A stretch of DNA of 63,701 nt, filler included, from Gonapodya sp. JEL0774 (GCA_027604505.1; 4 parts of 4 records of this genome joined end to end with filler, not necessarily neighbours in it); one strand, 5' to 3'; counted from the whole stretch's first letter, positions 14,194 through 27,212 are shown. Notes: generated from the letters alone by a model not told the origin. Made by a program: numbers and translations.

Positions 14194-14947
14194 CTGGCCG
14201 GAAACCTTGTGTCTTTGGGCGCTTCCGGACTTTTCTCCGTGATTGTCTCCCTGATCAAGCCTGATGATTTCGACTTCAACATCACGAAGGACAAGCTCGC
14301 ACTCCTTTTGGAAAAGGAAGACGCTGATATGGGAATCGGTCAGGAGGTGAGTGAACCATGCGGACGAAGCCCAATTGACTGGAAGCTCAACAACAATTCA
14401 CTGCCACAGACCCAGGAGGACCCGAAAGCCCTCAGCAGAGCCGCTAAATTTGCGTACTGGAGCAGCATTACACTCACACTGGCGCTTATCCTTCTTTGGT
14501 GGGTTTCAAATTCTCTAGCAGTGTGTAACAAAGCGCTCATTTGCAAAATGCAACAAAACCCATGCATGCAACAGGCCACTCCCTATGTACTTCTCGAACG
14601 TTAAGTAACCAATATATGCCCTTCTGTTGTTGTGACGTGTATATGAAATGTCTTTTTCGTCCACAGTACGTTTTCAGCAAGGGCTTCTTCACAGGATGGA
14701 TTGTGTTTGGTCTCATTTGGAGCATTATTGCAGCTTGCGTTGTAGTTTTCCTTCCCATCTGGTAAGGGAACTGTTTTTTGCCTCAACCGCCGCAATTCAT
14801 TAAACCTCCTTCGTACTTTAAAACAGGGAGTCGCGTGATGGCCTCTTTGCGTTCTTCAAAAGCGTAGCAAGTGGTGGAAAGCTTCCGGATGTTGCACGCA
14901 CTGAGTCGGAGACCGTCATGATAAAAGCCACAGAAATTCAGCCTTGA
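14194..14947 (+). pseudogene. 3' fragment of a DUR3-like urea/polyamine transporter (sodium:solute symporter family), 5 exons, 5' part absent
   Basis: Spliced reading LAGNLVSLGASGLFSVIVSLIKPDDFDF..LILLW|PLPMYFSN|YVFSKGFFTGWIVFGLIWSIIAACVVVFLPIW|ESR..*, typical of the DUR3 C-terminus. There is no room upstream for the remaining exons. Confidence 0.75.
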
Positions 14948-15445
14948 GTTGCCGAATATCCCACAGTCCAAACAAACAAAGTAGAGCGGACATTGGCATG
15001 ATAATTCTTATAATATTGTTGTAATGATAATTCCTTCCCAACCCACTCTCTGCTGTGTTCCCTCCTGCGAAAGTGACTCACGTTTTCAAAAAAAAAATCA
15101 AACAAGCAAAGAAAAACGCAATTATGGAGCATATACGTCAAAGCCAGTTGGAATCTGGGGACTTGGATACATGCACGAAGTCGAGCACCGACAATTTACC
15201 CGTCAGGGAGGCAGCAAGCACCGCTCCTTTCAAACCAACACCGCCGCCCAAACCGAAATTTGTGACCTGACAGATATTGAGGAGCATTGAGCGATCAAGA
15301 AGGAAATCTTCTTGTGAAAAGCACAAAGTTGGAGGGCGATCGTGTTTCTCCACTTTATACCTGAGAGCTGCTGAGCTGGAACCACCGACCAATCGCAAAT
15401 CCACCTTCTGACATCATAATACCATCACAGAGCACGAATACCACG

Positions 15446-16127
15446 ATGAATGGTCGGAGCTTGATGAGAGCTTGGCATCTGGTGATATGGATTGCGTTCT
15501 GTGCTCCGTCGTTGTTGCAAGCGCAAACCAGCCCATCAACCCCACCGCCACCGTCGCCCCCATCTCAGGGTATGGTTACAGGTGCGAACGCTTTGTGACG
15601 CTCGCGATTTTTCTATCTCGTTGCCTGTCTGACTCCTTGATCTGGTGCTCTCTGGACTAGAGATTTTGAAAACATCCCCACAGCCGACCATCCTGTTTCG
15701 ATCCATAACTGCGTCAACTGACCAAATTAAATTGTTCAATGGCTCACCCATGACGAATTCGGTCCGTGGACAGTTCCTTCCGCTATCTCCGGATTGCTCC
15801 AAGCTCCTCTCCGACCCGTACCCATCCAACTCATATCTCAGCTTACCCCCGATCTTTTTTTCTGGATCTGGGTACATTGTTTTGCTCCAAAACTCTGTCG
15901 TATCTTGCCGCCCCTGGCCCCTCGATGCACTTTCGCGAGTGCTTCCCCGCCTTCTTTCCCATCCCAATGTGTCCGCAGTCATGGTTTCTCTTCCCATGTT
16001 CATGACTTCTCAGCTCCCGTGGACTATATGGGAGGTAGCTGCTGGGAACTTCAGCTCTTTTGGCGGAAACTTGTCGACAGTGCCTTCGACTGGTGGTGAC
16101 ACGACCCAAAACATTGCAATTAAACCA
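15446..16127 (+). CDS. Secreted or membrane protein with signal peptide, truncated at the contig end
   Basis: MNGRSLMRAWHLVIWIAFCAPSLLQAQ (signal-peptide-like). A phase-1 intron at about 15582-15660 joins it to the long open frame EILKTSPQ..., which runs into the gap. Confidence 0.6.
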
Positions 16128-16227
16128 NNNNNNNNNNNNNNNNNNNNNNNNNNNNNNNNNNNNNNNNNNNNTTAATTAATTAANNNNNNNNNNNNNNNNN
16201 NNNNNNNNNNNNNNNNNNNNNNNNNNN
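16128..16227. other. Artificial contig spacer
   Basis: 44 N + TTAATTAATTAA (stop codons in all six frames) + 44 N. Confidence 0.97.
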
Positions 16228-17061
16228 CGTTTGCAGCTGGTTTAATTGGTCTCAGTTAAGACCAAAAACAGGTACCTCGCAACGATGTTGGAACTTACTT
16301 TGTGCATGGTTTGTGACCATCACAACGCTTCTTATTTCGGTGGCAACTGAAGTGTGAGTGGAAGGAAGCGATGACGACAACAGTTCTTTCAAAGACCGAC
16401 TGCCAAACTAAGTCCTACAAAGGCAACCCCCCCAATCCTCTCAATCATTTGTGGGTGCAATGGGAGTGTTTTTCTTGTGCAGAAGGCGTCGATACGTGGC
16501 GGGGCTGTCCCACACAAGACATCGCGAGACTCCCTCATGGCATGAAAAGGAAACTCACTTGTCACACGCCTGACCAATCCTCTTGTTCTTTTGTCCTGTA
16601 ACGCCTCCGTCCGCATCCATTTCTTCATCTTCCTCTCCACCTGATCCGTCTTCCCCTTCGAAGATCGGAGGGTTGGAGGAGGTTCGTTGGCGAGCAGAAG
16701 GTTTGGTGCCACCATTCGTACCACCACCAGGCATACTTGCGAGCATGCTCTGAAGATCGGAGTAGGAAACGGGAGGCATTGGATTTGGGGCTTGTCCGTT
16801 TGCTGTCTGGTTCGGTCGTCCAGGGCCAATACCGTTCGCAGTCCGAGCCACGACAGAAGGCCTCCTGGTCCCATCCTGAGGCAAAAGCGAGCTGATTGGA
16901 ACACCTGGAGTAGGTACGCTGATGGAGCCTCGCGGTGTGTTGGCGCTACCAGGGACCCCTCCAGCAACCATATTTTGTTGCGCTGTTGACATTCGGCGCT
17001 GAGTGTTGAGGGCAGAGGAAGGCGCTGAGTCCGGCTGGGGCAAATTATCAAAGTTCATCAT
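16228..17061 (-). CDS. Zn(II)2Cys6 transcription factor, 5' part only (truncated at the contig edge)
   Basis: Spliced KNKRIGQACDN|CHRNKKRCDGHKPCT after a low-complexity N-terminus starting MMNFDNL. Confidence 0.82.
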
Positions 17062-17586
17062 CTCGTCGAGGCTGCAAAGACGTTCAGAAACCCGAAATGG
17101 TGTGGGGAAACGTGAAGTCAGAGACGTTGGGAGACAGTTACGGAGAAGGCATCCTCCCAGCGCAAGCCCACATTCCCTGGGCATAAAGACATCGAGCACA
17201 CTCACAAATTCGAGCCGAGTCCTGATGATGAGTAGAAATCCATTCTGAATAAACTTTTCCCCGAGTTGGTGACTTGTGTACTCGGATGCCTCCAAAACCT
17301 CTGACTGTGCATGAACTCTTTTTCCGAGGGTCCCGATTCTTCAAAACAAAGAAGGAAATACATACGGAAAATGTCACGTTCAATCTCGTCGCTACAAAAA
17401 GATGAAGATCCAAGAGAAGCACCATTAGAAGATCTTCCCCTGTTGAGAGCAAGTCGCCACAGTAAATGCATCCGTTTCAGATTATAAACTGTTCTTCAGG
17501 TACATGTAAGAGAGAGAGACCAAAATACATCTAGCAGACAAGCTCAGCCCATTAATGACCAAAAGCGCCACGTCCCTCCAGACTCC

Positions 17587-18575
17587 TTACTCCGCGAGAA
17601 GTTTCTCGATATCAGCAGCCAGGGCTTCGGGGGTTGTAACAGATGTGGACCGGCTGACAACGAAACCCTTCTTGTTGACGATGAATTTCTACGGGTGGGA
17701 AAGCATGAGAATGCGGTTTTGCCCAGACAGGACCATTCTTCTGGTCACCAGATTGCTACTCACTTCAAAGTTCCATTTGATCCCAGAGAATCCCAACCAG
17801 CTCTTTTGGGATTTGATGTACTTGTAGACGGGGTGGGCGTTCTCACCGTTGACCTCCACCTTTTTGGTGATGGGGAATTTGACGTTGAACGTGCGAGAGC
17901 AGAACTCAACGACTAGGTTGGGAAGGTAAGCAATGATGTATAATAGTTAGTGAGGTTCGACGAGAGTTACTGCGATAAAGCACCATCCCTGCACTGAAAA
18001 GCGTTCCGTCGCTCATGAATGGGTGTCGGAACCCCCCTACCCTCCTGTCTCTACTCACTCTCTTCCTCCTGGCCAGGCTCTTGGGCCCCAAACTGGTTGC
18101 AAGGGAATCCCAGGATGACGAGACCCTTCTCCGAGTACTTCTCGTGGAGCTCCTCGAGCCCCTTGTACTGAGGAGTGAACCCGCACTTGCTAGCAACGTT
18201 GACAATCATGACAACCTTGCCCCGGAGATCAGAGAAAGGGAGTTCTTGGCCCTTGGCAAGGGTGGCGGACTAAATAAGGATTCCAGTCACAATTGCCAGC
18301 ATCCGCGGATCAAGAAAAACGATGAGGATCAAGAAGGTTCAGAAAGGTATTCGATTGAACGTTCGGAGACAGAAAGTTGTTTTCCGAGCAGGGACGGATT
18401 ACGCGGGTGGCATTTGCGGAGGGGATCGATTAGTGCGGTGACAAAAATGAAATAAATTAGCGATAGCGACGATCCCGTGGGGAAGAATGGGCATGCAGCG
18501 TCAATCATCCGAGCTTGTATAAACTCGTTTCCGAAAACTCACGAGGGCATAGAAAGTTTCGTTCTCTTTAGACAT
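17587..18575 (-). CDS. Glutathione peroxidase (Cys-type, thioredoxin-dependent GPx family)
   Basis: LRGKVVMIVNVASKCGFTPQYKGLEEL, LGFPCNQFGAQEPG and IKWNFE|KFIVNKKG. The catalytic codon is TGC. First AUG at 18575. Confidence 0.95.
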
Positions 18576-19337
18576 TGATGCGGTTGTGATGGTGTTAGAA
18601 GGGGTTGCTAATCGGTAAGCGATGTAGAGAGCAGCTACGACGGCGAGACCAGAAGTGATGTGGTGAGAGAAGGAAGCCAGACTTGTGATTGAGCGAGCAG
18701 TAGGCAGAAATAAAGGGAGCGCGGTAGCTGACAAACCTGAATTACACAATCCTGGAATCGGAGGGAACCGGCCGCTCAAAATATCACACGACCGCTGAGT
18801 TGGGAATATACATACAAAAGAAAATCAAATCGTAAGTCAACCGAGGACGGTTGTGCATATACCAATGAACTTCGTTAGTCGTTTTTGTAATTCACCGGCA
18901 TGAGACGTTGTTGCATGTGATAGTTCCTCTCTATGCACTGCAACAAAACGGCTGCTTGGCCTCTGGCGCGAAGGACCGGAAGATGAACACCAGCGCGAGT
19001 CACAGAGAGAAGACGATACGATGTTGATGCGTGACGGCGAGCGAGATTTACGTTGAGCATTTTTGGGAAAGAGTGGGTGGGCGCCGATGGAACCAGTTCT
19101 GCGATGCAACTCAAGCACATCACAGACGAACTGAGGACACGATCCTTATCTCTATATATATTCCAAGAGCTATCTCCAGATGGTATTAATTTCTTGTCAG
19201 AATTTGTGATTTGGTTTCTCAGACCGTTTTCGGTGATGTCAGGAACCGACAGAGGAGAGGTCTGTTGGTGAAATAAAAGACCACAACTTGAATCAACTCA
19301 GTAACCGAGCGATCGGAAACGTCACACTCCCATCGCA

Positions 19338-19952
19338 ATGAGTTCGATTGCCTCCAATCCCTCGAACCCAAAACCGAAGCGACGGAAGACGGATGGATCC
19401 AGAGCACCAATCCAATATCAATCCCCACAATCTCGTTCCAATGATACGCTCCAACGTATCACGGTCGGTGCTCCAGAGTTCTTCTATTTGATTGTGAAAC
19501 TGTGAGATTTGTCCCAGTTGGTGTCGTCCGAGCCTCTATCCAAAACCCAAGACCGTGACGATCATCTCAAACTTATCGATAGAACCTTTGAGCCCGCTAA
19601 AACTCTCACGGAAGCATTCTACAAAGCCGCAGTTCACACTGCCCTCCAGCAATCGTTTGGTGTACTTGGAAGTGGTTTGCCTATCGACATCGTCAAGTTC
19701 ATTGAGTCCGATGGGGAAGCCTGGTTGAGGGTACCCACGAGGTGGTGATACCATATGCGAACTTCTTAGTGTATGTCCCATTTCCAGCTTCGCTTCACAT
19801 TCACGTCTCTTCCTTTTAGTGTAGCAGTATCCGTCCAAGCAGCACTTACCGCATATTTCGATCACGACGGCACACCGTGCCGATTCACGATTGTGAGAGA
19901 ATCGCCGTTTTTGGTATCTCTGGCAAATGACAGTCGCAATCGAATTTCTTGA
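19338..19952 (+). CDS. POP8: RNase P/MRP subunit Pop8-like protein, 3 exons
   Basis: FYLIVKL|TFEP..ALQQSFGVLGSGLPIDIVK..AWLRVP..VQAALT..IVRESPFLVSLANDSR*, matching the fungal Pop8 pattern as I recall it. Intron 19502-19581. Confidence 0.65.
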
Positions 19953-20082
19953 GTTGATTGACCTGGTACGGGAGCGGAATCGGAACTACCTTGTCACAGT
20001 AACATAATTATGACGTGTACTCCATTGCTTTGCACTTTTGTCAGTTTCTTCCCCAATTACCTAGAATAAACGAATCGCAACA

Positions 20083-22102
20083 ATGAATCGGTGGCTCTTA
20101 ATGCAAGTTTCGCCTGGCAAGGGGCGGAGTTTAGAGATCCCACGAGTTTGCGATCGGCGAAGCTGCTGGGTTTCGCATTCTTCGCTATTAGCACGACGCC
20201 GAAATCCGAGATCACCGTACCAAATGCCGTTCTGGAGTAGGAAATCAGCACCAGCCCATGACGAGCCAGTCTCTTCGATTGATGCTGGATCTGGTGCAAA
20301 CTTGTTGGACAACATTACCGAGGATCCACTCCAATCCCAATCCGACAACCGTCCTCCGTCGTCTGGTGGCTCGAAAAGGAAGCGAGAAGACGCATGGATC
20401 AGCTCGCAAACGGCGTTAAATCCACTGGTGACCAATGGCTCGCCCGATGTTGAACTTGGAGGAGCCAGAGCTAAGGGGAACGCGAGGAGGATCTTGATTA
20501 AAGGTGGGCCCGCCATTTCCAGGTACATGTCACAGAGATCTACCGCGGACCGTTTGGAAGTCTGAGACCTAATTGTTTCAAGAACCGCCTGCGCAACACC
20601 ATCACCCCTCGTCCTTCGTCCGCGCTCACCAGAGTATCCTTTCTCCCAACCCTTCCGCTTTCGATCAAAATCGCCTTTACTTACGCCATAAACTGCGCTC
20701 TGATCCTATCCTGCCGGTGCTGCTTCAGCAGCGATCAGGAATTGCCATCGAGGACGTTCCTCCTACTGCACTGGAATCCATTGTGAATCCGAACCCTTAC
20801 CTCACAGACCACCTCCGGAGAACGGGGCAACCCCTACGCATACCAGTTTTCTCTCCGTCATTCAAGTCTACATTACGACCTGTTCCTCCTTCTGTCCTGC
20901 CTGCACTCACTTTTGGAATCCCGAACACTCCCATCACTGCCCCTCCCTTGAACACAGTTCGATCACCCTATGTGCAGCAACCAGCGGATGTAGCCGAGCG
21001 GAAAAGAGTTCAGGAAACGACAGTTGCTCGACTCAGTAGACCTCGGGTAATCCTTGTGAAAGCCCAGCTCGAGCAGTATGGGGTTGACTCTGCAACATCT
21101 GGAGAACCGGGACTCAAACTTTCGCTAAAGCGCCGTACAAAGAAGAAACGCTCTAAGCCCCACGAGTTGCGGTACACGCTCACGTCATTCAGTCCCCTGA
21201 GCGCGACCGAGAGTCAAGCCTGGAGAGCACCCGCTGTAACAAAACCTTTACGACCAAACCGACCTAGAAAACCGAAATCTGTTATGCACGTGAAACTCAA
21301 CGCTGCTCCGTCTCCGGTAGTTGGAAAAGACACTGCTGGAGGACAAACCCAAGCCGTGGAACTGGAGCGCGCCGCAGGTCCTCCTGCCCCGAACCCACCC
21401 AACGAAGAAGCGAACTTGCCGATGGTGGAAAATTCCGGTGATCGCAGACGCTCCAGGTTATCCAGAAAGTCTTCTGTCACTACGGCGCCTCCTTCCGAGA
21501 ATGTTACGGCGCATGATGTGCCTCCACCTGAGACATCAACAAGCATTCCGAATGTACTTGAATCGACCCATTCTCGCACTAGAAAGGCTTCTAAGCCTCC
21601 GAATACTGCAACACTACCTGACCGTGATCGGTCGGTCAAGGCAGAGGAAGAGAGCATACCTTCGGGGGAAGTGACTTCCACGACCATGAAAGATGAAGCT
21701 GTTCCCGCAGTGCCAAGGCCGTCAAAAAATGCATTGCAAGGCCGAAAAGAAGACGGTTCTTCGTATTCATCCCAACCTGCTCCGAAAGTGAAATTAAAGG
21801 GGAAATCGAAATCGCGGAAGATTCCACGGGAAGGAAACGGTGTGGCGGCCCCTCTCGAACAGAATCATACTGATCAAGTGGAAAATGACGTATCTATCGG
21901 GCCCAAATCTTCAGGGTCTTCGACCTCGACGAAAGAGGTGGCAGGAGCTGTTGTTGCAGAGGGTGCAAGGTCAAGTCCCGAGTCCCGTCCACCGAAGCGA
22001 CTGGCGGAAAAGCGCCTAGAGAAAGTCGGAATAGAGGAAAACAAAAGCGATATGCCACACTCCAATATTCCGTCAAGAGGGAAACTGAAGATTAAGAGGT
22101 AG
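20083..22102 (+). CDS. Hypothetical, largely disordered Pro/Ser/Lys-rich protein
   Basis: Adjacent 160-aa and 509-aa ORFs separated by a short GT..AG interval (about 20523-20582). No recognisable domain. Confidence 0.6.
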
Positions 22103-22548
22103 TAAAAGGACATTCCAGTTCATGTTATTCAATATTTGCGGCGAATGGATTGTGAAACGTCAGCTAAGGTGCTCTAGGAGAAGCAGTACTCCCCATTTCA
22201 TGCTTTTGGAGCACAATTTTGTAAATTTTGCTTGAAAGAACAGCCAGAGTCCACCGTGTCGGCGGAAGGGAGACTGAAGTGCGAGTGAACTTCTGATCAA
22301 AGATCTTCAACGGGGAGGTGCATGTCAGAGTCAGGCGAACTCATCAGTGATTCGCAGCAGGTTTAACGTGTCAGAGATTGATTCCCAACAAAAAAATCCA
22401 GAGAGCCTTTCCATTACAATATACACACTATGATAAACTGGGTCCGTGATGATATTCACAAGAGAAGAGTTAGAGAGGAGGTGTATTCACGAGGAGAGCA
22501 AGCCAAAGCGGCTCCTTTTCCAATTTGAGGTCACCGTACAGCGGTGTT

Positions 22549-25500
22549 TCATAAAATGCCGTTGTCCCTGGCAGCCTTGCTCAAAACAGAGAAATACGCC
22601 TCCGCTGATGCAAAATAGCGCCTCAATACATTCAAGGCTTGGATCGTTACAGCAAGGTAATGGCGCGATCGGGCAATAAGTTCTTGGCTCGGTGATTCGG
22701 TGGAGAGGCCAGAAGCTTGAGCAGGAATGAGCGAGGAAACGAGAGCATTGACCATGTGAACCATGCCAGCCTGTTTGTTGGAAAGTTGCGAAGGATTGTC
22801 AATTGAGTGATACGAGTCCAACGAAAGCGGATAAGCGTACCTCGAATATTGGATACGTCATGGCGGCCATAATATGCGATAAAGCGGGTTCAATCTCCAG
22901 CCAGCGGGCGAGTATACTAGTTATTCGCTCGGCCTGTAAATAATGACGCCCAGAGACAATCTTACTTTCGGAACGGTGCTTCTCAGGCTGTCTGGACAAG
23001 AAAGCAAGTACGCACCGAGTACGTGCAAACATCGAAAGAGGAACGTGTAGGCCAAACAAAGTCGTGAATAAGACGCTCCGGTCTAGTGGAGTGCATCACA
23101 AATTAGAAAGCGCTTTCCGAATGTAAAACATAGAGGTTCTCCGACAACCAAAACGATACACACCGATGAAGCATTATCGAGGCGCAATGAAACACCCAGT
23201 GGAACTCGGTGTTGCCGGCAAACTGTTTCAGTTCTCCTGGTAAGACATTGCCTGATGCATCTCTCCTCGGGCTGTACTCTCGCTTCACCCTCTCTGGAAC
23301 TTCGGTCCACAAATTCTTAAGCTGCAGTCCAAGGTCCGACAGGCGCTCATCTACGCGTCCAATCGCAGTGCGCTGGGATTTGGATTGCCGCACGTACTTG
23401 CTCACACGAGCAAACACGTGCCATATTTTGGCAATCTCGCGATAACACACGGAAGGATACATCGCCTGCAATTTGCTCCCTGCAACGCTCGAATGCCCAT
23501 ATATCTTCCCGACGATCACTCCATTATCGTCCATTGAGTTCCACAGGTCGTCATCGGGGTAATCAATCATGGGCTCGTCTGGGTTTATAGACGATGAACG
23601 GCCGGCGATAACTGACACAGCAGCATCAAATAAGAAGCAATACCACCACACGCGCTTGCGTGTCTCGTATTCCAGTGGTGTGAGTGTTGACAGGGTTTCA
23701 GGAGAGACAGGTTCGTTCCAGCGCATGCCGACAATCATACGTAACGCCATGCCGGAGTACATCTAGGGATTGGCGGCACAGCGTGGCGATGGCCACGGTT
23801 GTCAGTTGATTTTCGTCGTCAGCGAAATATGACATCTGAGTCATTCATGTACCACTCACCCAACCTGCGTTGACCCTTCCCGAACCAGAGGCGTAAATGC
23901 TCAGCTTGCACAACGCCACCACGGTCCCGAAACACGGCTCCTCCAGCCCTAAGCTCAGTAGTCGACGAGCTTTTCCGAAGTAATATTCACCGTTTGGGAG
24001 TGAACCCGCGGTCATACCTTGTTCGCGGTTCGGAACTGTGCTCCGGGAAAGGACTTCAGCAGAGCAGTACATGGCATTAAGAAGCAGTGGGGATTGCTGT
24101 GTTAGTGTGCGATAAAAAGTCCCCTGTGGTGATAAAGGTGCCATCAGCATGGACAGTTCCAAAGAATAGTACCCCAGGAAGGAATAACTGCTAGACCGTG
24201 AACGTACCGGATGAATCACCATATACAGTATCAAGTCAAAATACTTCTCCAACAAATCATATCGTGGCTCTTCTGCTGGCACCAGTCTCCTCATCACTCC
24301 CAAACTGAACCTCCCGGGATTCATACCCAACTTCTCCAACTCAGCAGTCACAGCGGCCACCTCGGGATCCTCTTCCATGTCATTTCCTGCTCCAGACGGA
24401 GTCTTTGACAAAACGGACGGGTTTGGAGACGAGCCGCCGATGGGGTTCCCTGCCCCTGCGGATTCGGGTGACCCAGGATTGGATGAGCCTGGAACGGGAG
24501 GTGGAAGTGAGCTGTGAGGAGCGGCGTGCAGAGCATGTTGCTCTTCATCGACATAGCCGGAAATTGCAATATCGAGTGTGTCTAGTGTTTCGCGTCCGCC
24601 CATTCTGGCTCGAGCATCGGGGTGAAAGTAGTTTGTGGTGTCACGAAGGTGGAGGGCACGTGAGAGAGGGTCCGCGTCTGGTGAAAGTTCACGATTTTCG
24701 TCATCTGGTTCTCGTCTGGCAGAGAGCTCTCGCGAGGGTGTGTTGAAAGTCAGCAGAGTCTCATTCGGGGAGGTAGTGGTCTGTCGCGGTTGTTTGCGGC
24801 GGCGTTGCTCGGAGTCCATATCGGAGACGGTACTAATACTTTGTGGGGATGTGACATATTGGAGCGGTGGTGTGGATTCTTGCAAGGAAGGGTCGCCCGT
24901 CATCCGGTTTGAATGTACTCCTCCATTTTGGGCTGATGATGTACCAAGGCCGATATGGGCATGTCCGATCGGATCGGCGGTGTAATCAACATCCGTAGAA
25001 TTCCAATCATCTTCTCCGTCACTGTCACTTGCCATATTGTCGAGTTCGGAGTACATGGAGTTCAAATCCAATGACCCTTGAGTGGAAGTGGGAGCTAAAG
25101 TGAGACCAGCGGACCTGACGACATTTTCGAGCTCCCGGACGCGCTCTTTGAGTGCCGCTACATAGTCAGTGCGGGTGACTCGCTTGCGAGGCTCTCGGGG
25201 CGAGAATGTACATTCCCGGTTGCTCTTGACGCAAAGTGAGCAGGGGTTGTTTCCATCGCACTTTTTCTTGGACTTGTGGCAACTAAAAGTCCACTGATCG
25301 ATAAAAGGAAGATAATCGCCGAGCAGCAAATCCGCTGAAGCCACTCACGAGTCACAGGCCATCGTACTACGGTTGAGTTGACCTCTTCTTCGGGTTTCAG
25401 ACTTCTGGGACTGAGGCTGACTTTCAGACTTCAAAGCCGAGTACTGCGGCTGTGGAGAATGCGATGCCCGATAAGGTTTTTTCTTGGACTTGCTCGGTAT

Positions 25501-26022
25501 GGGGGAATTCGCCAGTGAGGACCACTGGCGAGATGTTGAGTCTCCCGGCAACATCGAGACTCCAGCCACAGAATGGAGGGCAGCCTGGTGTTCCCCGCTC
25601 GGATACGCCATGCTTAAGAGTCCCGGGTCCTGCCATTGATGATTCTGCTGCATTTCGGACACGATGAAACTGTTTGGGGGCGGCCCGAACACCACAAAGG
25701 AACTTCCCTGTGGATCAGCGCCTCCCAGTGGTTGTACCTGCACATTCTGGAACGGAGACGAAAGCGAATTCATCCACGCAAATTGACCGCCCTGCATACA
25801 CTGATTTGCTGGTGCGATGGGCTGGTGAACGCGATATCCTTTGTGCTTCGAGGACGCAGGCATGCCCCTGTCCTGTGTTTCTGCATGTGGATAAATGGAT
25901 TGTTGACGGAGCTTTCCACCTGCAACATTCTCGAACAAGAACGCGAGGCTGCTTTCCCATCTACCTATACTTCCCGCAGCGGTGACAGGATTTGCATCCG
26001 CTTGCGATTTTCGTTCCTCCAC
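22549..26022 (-). CDS. Zn(II)2Cys6 transcription factor with fungal-specific TF (middle homology) domain
   Basis: MACDS|CHKSKKKCDGNNPCSLCVKSNRECTF, SPLLLNAMY, W|MYSGMALRM and EYETRKRVWWYCFLFD. Confidence 0.92.
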
Positions 26023-27212
26023 ATATACATATGTATTCCAATCTGCTTCAGCGTTTGCTGTGTATTTGTCGCCATCTACTGTAACATGGAATCTTCATCA
26101 ACCTACGGGGATCTCTGTTCATGAAGTCATCTTAACGCTCCTTCAATAATGTCACCTCTGCCAGGCCAAATCAACTCACCGAGATAGTCAACGAGTTTCT
26201 CATCAAACCAAACCCGTCTTTCCAAGGGACCTGAAAACGAGAAATGAAAGCACATGATAAATAAGAAGGGATGGTAATCATCGCTGAAGTCTAAGAACTC
26301 CCTCGCCCAGGTCACTTGAAACTCCGCTAGTACTCTGCTGAAGCCGATGAATCAATGAACTACCAGCTAGCAAGAGATTTTGTCGCCTGTATCGATTCTC
26401 ATTTTTGTATCACACTGCCATTTATAATATGGCAGGATCGACAAGAAGCCTATATTGTGACGGAAGTGAATTAGCCGGTTTCACAATGTCGTTCAGCCAC
26501 ACCGATGACAGCACAACCATAGCCATTGTCTTTGGAGCTAACGAGTGTGACATCAGCACCGGGAGATAACTGTTCAGGAATTGGTATAGATCAAGACCAT
26601 GTACACGCTCAAAGCTGGTATGAGATGACAGGAGGATGACAGGTGATATGACAGGTGATGACCGATGAGCACTGATGAATTGTCAGCTGAAGCCAGAAAC
26701 ACATATGAAAGCCCTGCTGGAGGACCGGAAGTCACAGCTAAAGGGTGCCTGAAGTATCCCAATATACCCAGCAGTCAAAGTCAAAAGTCTTGTAAGTTAA
26801 CTGTGCCCTTTGGTTGCAGACTGGCCCACAAACATCAATGCGTTGAACCCCAAAGACCACAAGAACACGTGATCACTTTTTTGAGCTCAAAATACGATTA
26901 ATTTGGCCCACGCAAGATGAACAGGAGATGGTGCCCGTTTCTTTGTTGTCATTCTTATGCTCGACATTGTGCTGGTGGTGAAATGCCATGATGTGTGGCC
27001 AGATGAGTGCCGCAGAGGTCCAAAAGGAGGGCATTCTACTGCGTGATCCACTGCGCTATCTGCGTGATAAAAAATTAGATTGAAAATTACTTCTACCAAA
27101 CCTCTGGGTTTGCAAAGTCTTGCTGTGTGGTTTTGCGAAGTCTGAGGGATCACCCTACCGGCACTCGCACTCAGCGTCTTCACCAGTCCCATTCACGAAC
27201 AACACTTGCACG

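Noticed and set aside
16172..16183. TTAATTAATTAA as a biological motif or piggyBac-like TTAA target
   Set aside because: It is identical in all three gaps and embedded in fixed-length N runs, so it is an assembly spacer.
18170..18200. GPx as a selenoprotein (some early-diverging fungi use selenocysteine)
   Set aside because: The catalytic codon in VASKCG is TGC, and no in-frame TGA is seen.
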